Origin: Deltaproteobacteria bacterium
Lineage (GTDB): Bacteria > Desulfobacterota > Binatia > UBA12015
Assembly (NCBI GenBank): GCA_046583355.1
Contig: JAYGCM010000072.1
Span: 1 to 38,673, forward strand
Length of the DNA: 38,673 nucleotides
Direction of reading: 5' to 3'
Numbering within the stretch: position 1 is the stretch's first letter; each line of letters starts with the position of its first letter. A model generated the notes under the pieces. That model did not search any database and was not told where the DNA came from. It saw nothing but the letters and a program-made list of their open reading frames with translations. Positions 28,919-35,116 of the stretch are shown here, piece after piece. Both the position numbers and the translations under genes were made by a program.

Positions 28919-29685
28919 TGACCGCCCCCGGCCGACGCGGGCTCTTCCCCGGATGTCCTCGCGCGGGCGTCGGTCGCAGAAGTCCCCGCCGAGGCTGGCG
29001 CGAGCTCGGCGCTGAGCAGCTGCACCGCGCCGGCACCAAGCGAGACGCGCTGGATGCGCGTGAAGCCAGCCGCGGCCAGCATCGCACATAATTCCTCGGG
29101 CACCGGCAGGTAGCTGGTCGACTCGGGCAGGTAGCGGTAGGCCTCGCGGTCCGAGAAGAGCCCGCCGATGGCCGGCACGACACGACGAAAATAGAAACCG
29201 TGCAAGGCACGGATTAGAGCAATGCGTGGCTCAGCGACCTCGAGTAATGCCAGCCGGCCGCAGGGAGCAAGAACGCGTGCGGCCTCGGCGAAGACCGGTG
29301 GGATCGCAAGAAAATTACGCAGCGCGAACGCACTGATCACAACCTGCACGCTGCCGTCCGCCAGCGGGATCGCAGCCGCGTCGCCCTGGACAACCGTCGC
29401 GCCCATGCCGCGCTGGCGCGCGATTGCCAGCATGCCGCCAGCGGGATCAACGCCCACCGGCCGGCCACCGGCGCGCGCGGCCAGCTCGATCAAGTCGCCT
29501 GTGCCGCAGCCGAGATCGACCACCAGATCACCGGCCTGGATACGGCATGCGCGGATCAGCCGCCGCCGCCAGATCCGGTCCAAACCGCCCGTCATCAGGA
29601 CATTCATCGCGTCATAGCTCGGCGCGATGCGGTCGAACATCTCGCGCACCACGCGCGCCTTTTCTTCCGGTGCCGGCAGCGTCAT
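28915..29685 (-). CDS. menG: Demethylmenaquinone methyltransferase (UbiE/MenG)
   Basis: MFDRIAPSYDAMN, DLGCGTG, AFALRN, AYRYLPES; ATGA overlap with the MerR gene. Confidence 0.92.
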   Translation of the reverse strand: MTLPAPEEKARVVREMFDRIAPSYDAMNVLMTGGLDRIWRRRLIRACRIQAGDLVVDLGCGTGDLIELAARAGGRPVGVDPAGGMLAIARQRGMGATVVQGDAAAIPLADGSVQVVISAFALRNFLAIPPVFAEAARVLAPCGRLALLEVAEPRIALIRALHGFYFRRVVPAIGGLFSDREAYRYLPESTSYLPVPEELCAMLAAAGFTRIQRVSLGAGAVQLLSAELAPASAGTSATDARARTSGEEPASAGGGQ

Positions 29686-30428
29686 CGCCAATATACCTCT
29701 AGAGATCCGCCGGCCGCCTCGCGAGCTGTAGCCAGCGCGGCTTCATCACCACTGGCTTCGAGCCGCGCGAGCGCGACACTCACCAGCGTGCGGTGAAAAT
29801 GTTGTGCGACTAGCGTCGTCACAGCAGGCAACATCCGTCGCACGGCGTCTGCCACCTTGGCGCCATCGGCTTCTGCGCCGTCGGTGCCATGCCGAATATT
29901 CTGATCGAAGACATCGGCCGCGCGCTCACACAGCCGCTGGACATGCTCGGCATGACCGATGGCGAGGCCGAGCAGCTCACCCAGGGGCAGGCCTTCGCTG
30001 AGCAAGGCGAGCGCCGCGCGGCCAAGCTCGACGTCCTCGCCGCCATAAGTGCCGGCAGACTGCCCCGGCCGAGTACCGACCAAACCGGCGTCCTCGACAG
30101 CACGGATCAAATCTTCGGGCACGCCCGACTCCGCTGCCACCTCGGCGCGACTCAAATCATTTCGCCCCCCGTCCGCGGTCAAGGCCGCGCGCAACGCCGC
30201 GTCAGCTTTGCGGCGGCTCGGGGTCACCAGGCGACGGATGACCTTGAGCGTATGGCCCTCGCCCTGAAGCCTGCGGATCTCATCGAGTCGCTCCAGGTGT
30301 CCTTCGCCATAGATGGCCTTGCGACCCTCCTTGCGCGGCGCGGGGAGAAGGCTCTGGCTCTGATAATAGCGGATCGTATCGACCGGCAAACCGGCCTCGG
30401 CCGCCAATTCCTCAACCCGATACTCCAT
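29682..30428 (-). CDS. MerR family transcriptional regulator with a second degenerate MerR-like HTH
   Basis: YRVEELAAEAGLPVDTIRYYQSQSLLPAP...Y...HLERL; second unit LSRAEVAAESGVPEDLIRAVEDAGLV. Confidence 0.9.
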   Translation of the reverse strand: MEYRVEELAAEAGLPVDTIRYYQSQSLLPAPRKEGRKAIYGEGHLERLDEIRRLQGEGHTLKVIRRLVTPSRRKADAALRAALTADGGRNDLSRAEVAAESGVPEDLIRAVEDAGLVGTRPGQSAGTYGGEDVELGRAALALLSEGLPLGELLGLAIGHAEHVQRLCERAADVFDQNIRHGTDGAEADGAKVADAVRRMLPAVTTLVAQHFHRTLVSVALARLEASGDEAALATAREAAGGSLEVYWR

Positions 30429-30434
30429 GCAACT

Positions 30435-30465
30435 ACTCTATGAGTAATTACTCAGACTATTGCAA
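30435..30465 (-). promoter_or_regulatory. MerR-type promoter: 19-bp spacer containing a perfect 14-bp palindrome
   Basis: Minus strand: TTGCAA (30465-30460), 19 bp, TAGAGT (30440-30435), 6 nt, ATG. Palindrome TGAGTAATTACTCA at 30441-30454. Confidence 0.8.
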
Positions 30466-30504
30466 GCATCTCGGCTGCCCAGCTCCGATGTCTGGGCGAA
30501 AAGT

Positions 30505-33129
30505 TCAGGCAGCACGGGGTAAAGGGCGCGCCATGAAGGTCAGCTCCTCGCCCACCCAATCGACCTCGACCCTGGAGTGATCTGCCACTTCACCGGCAAG
30601 GATAAGCCGACCCAGCCGCGTTTCGATCTCTTTTTGCAAGACACGTTTGAGCGGCCTGGCGCCGTAGGCCGGGTCATAGCCGGCGCGGGTCAGATGCTCG
30701 CGCGCGGCGTCGCTCAGGGTCAGCTCGATCTCGCGTTCAGCGAGGCGCCCACGCAGACGCGCGAGAAGAATCTCGACGATACGGCCCAGATGCTCGCGGG
30801 TGAGTCCATGGAAGACGACGATATCGTCGATCCGGTTGAGGAATTCCGGGCGGAATTGATGACGCAGCTCGCCGAGGACTTCGTCCTTCATGGCCGCGTA
30901 AGCGTCCGATTCGCGGTCGGCGACATCCATCCCATGCGCGAGGATCCGGTCGCTGCCGACATTCGAGGTCATGATCACGACGACATTCTTGAAATCGACC
31001 GTGCGCCCATGGCTATCGGTCAGACGCCCATCGTCGAGAATCTGCAGCAAAGTATTGAAGACATCCGGGTGCGCCTTCTCGATTTCGTCGAAGAGAATGA
31101 CCGAGAAGGGCTTGCGCCGCACCGCCTCGGTGAGCTGACCACCTTGGTCGAAGCCGACGTAACCCGGAGGCGCACCGATCAGCCGCGCCACCGCATGCTT
31201 CTCCATATACTCGGACATATCGATGCGGATCATCGCCTGTTCGTCGTCGAACAGAAACTCGGCCAGCGCGCGGGCGAGCTCGGTTTTACCGACCCCCGTC
31301 GGGCCGAGAAAAAGAAACGAGCCGACCGGCCGCTGCGGATCCGCCAGGCCCGAGCGGGCCCGGATCACGGCATCGGCAACCGCCGTAACCGCCTCGTCCT
31401 GGCCGATCACGCGCTGGTGCAGATGGTCTTCCAGAGCCAGGAGTTTCTCTGCCTCGCCCTCCATCAGCTTCGCCACCGGGATGCCCGACCAGCGCGCCAC
31501 CACCTCGGCGATATCATCGGCGTCGACATTGTCTTTGATCAAAGCCCCCGTACCCGACGTGCCCTCGGCGGCAGTCGCCTTCTCGAGCTGCGGAATGACG
31601 CTATATTGCAACTCGCTGGCGCGCGAAGTGTCGTACTCCGGGCCTGGCCGAGTGACACGCTCGAACTCCAGGCGCGCCGCTTCGAGCTGCTTTTGCTTCT
31701 CGGCGATGGCGCCCAGGACTTCCTTCTCTTTCTCCCATTGGGCGCGCAGACGGGTCTCTTCTTCTTTGAGATCGGCCAGCTCTTTTTCGAGCTTACCGAG
31801 CCTTTCTTCGGAGGCCCGATCGGTCTCCTTGCGCAGCGCCTCGCGCTCGATCTCGAGCTGCATGGCGCGCCGTGCGACCTCGTCCAACTCGGTCGGCATG
31901 GAGTCAATCTCGGTGCGCAGCCTCGCGGCCGCTTCGTCAATCAAATCGATTGCCTTATCGGGCAGAAAACGATCGGAGATGTAGCGGTTCGAGAGGGTCG
32001 CGGCGCTCACCAGCGCGGCATCCTTGATGCGGACCTTATGATGTACCTCGTAGCGCTCACGCAGGCCGCGCAGGATCGAGATGGTATCTTCGACCGTGGG
32101 CTGGTCGACCAGTACGGGCTGGAAGCGCCGCTCCAAAGCGGCGTCCTTCTCGATATATTTCCGGTACTCGTCAAGCGTGGTCGCGCCGATACAATGCAAC
32201 TCACCGCGGGCCAGCATCGGCTTGAGCAAATTCGAGGCATCCATCGAGCCTTCGCTCGCACCCGCGCCGACGACCGTATGCAGCTCGTCGATAAAGAGGA
32301 TGATATCGCCCGCGGCGCTTTGCACTTCCTTGAGCACCGCCTTGAGCCGCTCTTCGAACTCGCCGCGGAACTTCGCGCCGGCAATCAGCGCGCCCATATC
32401 GAGCGAGACGACTCGGCGGCCGGCCAGGCCATCGGGGACATCGCCGCTCGCGATGCGCTGCGCCAGCCCCTCGGCGATCGCCGTCTTGCCAACACCGGGC
32501 TCGCCGATCAGCACCGGATTATTTTTCGTGCGACGCGAGAGCACCTGAATCACACGACGGATCTCTTCGTCGCGACCGATCACCGGGTCGAGCTTGCCGG
32601 CCTCGGCGGCCTGGGTGAGATCGCGACCGTATTTTTCGAGCGACTCGTAGGTCGCCTCAGGATTCTGGCTGGTGACACGCTGGTTGCCACGCACGGCTTG
32701 CAGCGCCGAGAGCAGAGCAGAGCGGGTCAACCCGCCCGAGCGCAAAGCCGCGCCCGACGCACCAGGCTCCGCCAAAATCGCGAGCAGCAGATGCTCGATG
32801 CTGACGTATTCGTCCTTGAGCCCTTGGGCCTCGGACTCCGCTTTGCTCAGAAGTCCGGCGAGACGCTGGGTGAGGTAGACCTGTGATGCATCGCGACCCG
32901 GCCCGCTGACCGACGGAATCTTGTCCAACGCGGCCTGGGCAGCCGCGCCGATCTCTGCCTCGCGCGCGCCCGACCGACCCAGGAGCGTGCGGGCAAGACC
33001 TTCTTGATCTTCGAGTAAAGCGGCCAGAAGGTGCTCGACATCCACACCCTGATGAGCGCGCCGCAGCGCGATTCCGTTCGCGGAAGCGACCGCCGCTTGC
33101 GACTTTTCGGTCAGTTTTTGCACATTCAT
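30505..33129 (-). CDS. clpB: ATP-dependent chaperone ClpB
   Basis: Clp-N repeats, two AAA+ modules ([16 protein letters not shown]), middle coiled coil, GARPLKR; 874 aa. Confidence 0.98.
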   Translation of the reverse strand: MNVQKLTEKSQAAVASANGIALRRAHQGVDVEHLLAALLEDQEGLARTLLGRSGAREAEIGAAAQAALDKIPSVSGPGRDASQVYLTQRLAGLLSKAESEAQGLKDEYVSIEHLLLAILAEPGASGAALRSGGLTRSALLSALQAVRGNQRVTSQNPEATYESLEKYGRDLTQAAEAGKLDPVIGRDEEIRRVIQVLSRRTKNNPVLIGEPGVGKTAIAEGLAQRIASGDVPDGLAGRRVVSLDMGALIAGAKFRGEFEERLKAVLKEVQSAAGDIILFIDELHTVVGAGASEGSMDASNLLKPMLARGELHCIGATTLDEYRKYIEKDAALERRFQPVLVDQPTVEDTISILRGLRERYEVHHKVRIKDAALVSAATLSNRYISDRFLPDKAIDLIDEAAARLRTEIDSMPTELDEVARRAMQLEIEREALRKETDRASEERLGKLEKELADLKEEETRLRAQWEKEKEVLGAIAEKQKQLEAARLEFERVTRPGPEYDTSRASELQYSVIPQLEKATAAEGTSGTGALIKDNVDADDIAEVVARWSGIPVAKLMEGEAEKLLALEDHLHQRVIGQDEAVTAVADAVIRARSGLADPQRPVGSFLFLGPTGVGKTELARALAEFLFDDEQAMIRIDMSEYMEKHAVARLIGAPPGYVGFDQGGQLTEAVRRKPFSVILFDEIEKAHPDVFNTLLQILDDGRLTDSHGRTVDFKNVVVIMTSNVGSDRILAHGMDVADRESDAYAAMKDEVLGELRHQFRPEFLNRIDDIVVFHGLTREHLGRIVEILLARLRGRLAEREIELTLSDAAREHLTRAGYDPAYGARPLKRVLQKEIETRLGRLILAGEVADHSRVEVDWVGEELTFMARPLPRAA

Positions 33130-33150
33130 TTCTGGTCTTCCTCAACGCCC

Positions 33151-33179
33151 AGAATAAGCACGATCCGAGCTCTGGCAAG
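33151..33179 (-). promoter_or_regulatory. Candidate clpB promoter (heat-shock-sigma-like)
   Basis: Minus strand CTTG-N17-CTTATTC resembles the alphaproteobacterial RpoH consensus CTTG-N17-CYTATNT; can also be read TTGCCA-16-TATTCT. SD GAGGA follows. Confidence 0.4.
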
Positions 33180-33261
33180 CCTTGCGCCGGCCCGCGGCCG
33201 CCGCAGCAACAAGGCCGCAAGATGCATGGCGGGCGCACCGGCAGAATGGTAAAACTCGGCC

Positions 33262-33450
33262 ATGGTCATCATTCGCACCATCGCCTCGGTCGCCATTCTC
33301 GTCTGGGGACTTCTCACATTGCTGATCGGCGTGAGCGCCATGAACCCGAGCTGGATCGGCATCGGCGCCATTCTTTCCATCGTCGGCCTCCCCTTCCTGG
33401 CGGGATTGCCGATGGCGGCCAAATACCTCTACCCGTCAGCGGAACGCTGA
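33262..33450 (+). CDS. Small two-TM membrane protein of unknown function
   Basis: 62 aa, two hydrophobic segments separated by NPSW; fills the gap between clpB and the HINT gene; GC3-rich codons. Confidence 0.65.
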   Translation: MVIIRTIASVAILVWGLLTLLIGVSAMNPSWIGIGAILSIVGLPFLAGLPMAAKYLYPSAER

Positions 33451-33497
33451 TTGCCGTCAGCTGATTAGCGACCCGCCGTGGGCCGAGGGGCGCGCGA

Positions 33498-34025
33498 CTA
33501 ATTCTTGATCTGCGCGCGACTTTTCGCGCCGAAGGTCAGGAAATAGGCCGCGGTTTGTTTGACCGTCGCACCGTAGACCGGGTTTCGCCCGGCCGCGTGG
33601 CACCCCGTGATCTGCACGGGGTTGGCAAACGCCTTGCCGCGGATACGATCCGCGTATTCAGGCGCGTCGGGCACCTCATAGCCGGCCGGGTAGCTCCAGC
33701 TGGGCTCCAGCTCAGACCCCGGCTTCAGGTCGCCACCGCGCACCTCGGAGCCGTCGGCCGCAACGAAGATATGGTCGACCCCGACGGTGAGGCTTTGCCC
33801 CTCCGCGTTGGTCAGACGCACCAACTCGGCATCCGCCTCGATCTCGCGAATATGGATCATCATACGGAAGGCCATCGAGCCATCGTCGAGTCGCGTCGTG
33901 ACCGGCATTACTTTTCCGACCAATTTAATGATTTCGGTCGGGCCGTCGATAGTCTCGACGAGGGCGTCTCCGGCCAGCCGACTCAGCGTCGGCAACGGGG
34001 GCGATTTGGGCTTTTCACTCGGCAT
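33498..34025 (-). CDS. Standalone HINT (intein-like) domain protein, catalytically degenerate
   Basis: Block A-like RLAGDALVETIDG..EI..L, block B-like GQSLTVGVDHIF..DG, DLKPG, block F/G-like GRNPVYGATV..T..YF..G. Confidence 0.75.
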   Translation of the reverse strand: MPSEKPKSPPLPTLSRLAGDALVETIDGPTEIIKLVGKVMPVTTRLDDGSMAFRMMIHIREIEADAELVRLTNAEGQSLTVGVDHIFVAADGSEVRGGDLKPGSELEPSWSYPAGYEVPDAPEYADRIRGKAFANPVQITGCHAAGRNPVYGATVKQTAAYFLTFGAKSRAQIKN

Positions 34026-34048
34026 TATCTAGAACCAGGGGGGGGCTA

Positions 34049-34081
34049 TGTCGCAATCCGACAGGGTGTCGCAATCCAACA
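34049..34081. promoter_or_regulatory. Two tandem palindromic boxes, candidate sigma54 enhancer (bEBP) sites
   Basis: TGTCGCAATCCGACA (34049-34063) and TGTCGCAATCCAACA (34067-34081): 14/15 identical direct repeats, each TGTCG-N5-CRACA. Confidence 0.7.
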
Positions 34082-34132
34082 CGTCATTCGCGCTGATTCA
34101 ACCGGACCAGCCGCATTCCGCAAGGGCAAGCG

Positions 34133-34148
34133 TGGCACGAGAGTTGCT
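34133..34148 (+). promoter_or_regulatory. Sigma54 (RpoN) -24/-12 promoter
   Basis: TGGCACGAGAGTTGCT matches the consensus TGGCACG-N4-TTGCW exactly; 31 nt upstream of ATG 34180, with SD GGGAGG between. Confidence 0.85.
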
Positions 34149-34179
34149 TAACTCCAGAGCAGAGGGAGGGCAACGCATA

Positions 34180-34620
34180 ATGGATACTTCAAGTGCTTTC
34201 GTGGATGACGCGATTTCGAGGCTTTTTGAGCCAGATATTCTGACACCCGGACAACATGGTGACAGGATCCAGGCCGCCAGTATCGACCGCCCCGAGATCC
34301 GCCTGATGCTCGCCGTGATGGAGGATGCTGTCGCGACCTACCAGCGCTTCCTGACCCAGCCGAAACGCTCGAACCAACGGCAATTCGATGAGGTCCGTAG
34401 CTGGATCCGGTCGGAGGACACCACCTGGCCGTATTCGTTCGACAATATCTGCTCGGCACTGCAATTCGAGCCCGAAATCGTCCGCCGCGGACTGCAGACC
34501 TGGGAAGAGAAACCAGAGCAACGCAAGCCCGGCATGTACCGCTTCCCCTTCCGCCGCGTGAACGGGAAACGCCATTCCATCAGCCTGCGCGACCGCCACC
34601 CAGAGCGCCAATCCGCCTAG
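34180..34620 (+). CDS. Conserved-looking hypothetical helical protein (PExRLMLAVxEDA...W...FSF.NIC..L type)
   Basis: 146 aa from ATG 34180 with SD GGGAGG; motifs LFEPDIL, RPEIRLMLAVMEDA, WPYSFDNICSAL, basic C-terminus. Confidence 0.75.
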   Translation: MDTSSAFVDDAISRLFEPDILTPGQHGDRIQAASIDRPEIRLMLAVMEDAVATYQRFLTQPKRSNQRQFDEVRSWIRSEDTTWPYSFDNICSALQFEPEIVRRGLQTWEEKPEQRKPGMYRFPFRRVNGKRHSISLRDRHPERQSA

Positions 34621-34717
34621 AGGCACGGCCGAGAAGGGGCATTTCACCGAGGCCAGCGCGCCGGCCTTGAAGCCCCCGATCGACCGGCAGGACGACGAGC
34701 GAATCGCCGGCGCTGCC

Positions 34718-34762
34718 GCGACAGCCGTCGGGTTCGGTACAGCCGAGCACGACGGCTGTCGC
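34718..34762. repeat. Long GC-rich hairpin (REP-like or terminator-like)
   Basis: GCGACAGCCGTCG-G-GTTCGG-TACAG-CCGAGC-A-CGACGGCTGTCGC: 13-bp perfect stem, one mismatch, 6-bp inner stem with one G-T pair. Confidence 0.7.
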
Positions 34763-35116
34763 CCATGATGCCGTAGACTTCGATCTCGGCACTGCCGGGG
34801 GTCATCTGGGTGATCTGGCCGGCTGACTCCAGAACCTCGCCCAGGAGGGGACTCATCTCGATTTCCTTACCTCAAGTCGCAAACCCAGACTTGAAAGCCC
34901 AACACGGAGACTACTCACCGCGCAGCGAATTCCGTACCTCGCATACCCGACGCACCCCCCGGCAGCCGGATGTTTCGCGACTACGGCGTGCGTCAGGCAG
35001 ATGTGGCACGCCATCTCAGGACCAGCGGCAGGACGCGGGGTCAGGAATTGGGGGTGAGGTAAGAAACGTCCCCCGATGCCCGTGACGTTCGAGTGCCGCA
35101 TAGGTAAGCCCCGTGC

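Noticed and set aside
30441..30454. Palindrome as an HspR HAIR site, given the adjacent clpB and a MerR-family gene
   Set aside because: Shares TGAGT/ACTCA half-sites but has a 4-bp spacer rather than CTTGAGT-N7-ACTCAAG, lies downstream of clpB, and the 248-aa double-HTH protein does not look like HspR.
30577..32886. 769-aa plus-strand ORF
   Set aside because: Antisense shadow of clpB, as expected from high GC3; no independent motifs.
33130..33261. CIRCE or HAIR heat-shock operator upstream of clpB
   Set aside because: Neither TTAGCACTC-N9-GAGTGCTAA nor the HAIR repeat is present.
33498..34025. Active intein or half of a split intein
   Set aside because: Both N- and C-terminal blocks are in one chain, the nucleophile and His-Asn are absent, and there are no meaningful exteins.
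34038..34045. G8 homopolymer as a phase-variation tract upstream of the HINT gene
   Set aside because: Short for a GC-rich genome, and no clean promoter could be placed around it; would need read-level length variation.
34048..34179. 44-aa N-terminal extension of the hypothetical ORF (start 34048)
   Set aside because: Runs through the enhancer boxes and sigma54 promoter; the apparent SQSDRVSQSN repeat is just the DNA repeat. ATG 34180 has a good SD.
34860..35116. tRNA, riboswitch or other known ncRNA in the intergenic region before topA
   Set aside because: No cloverleaf or recognisable Rfam-type motif by eye; an Infernal search would be needed to exclude it.
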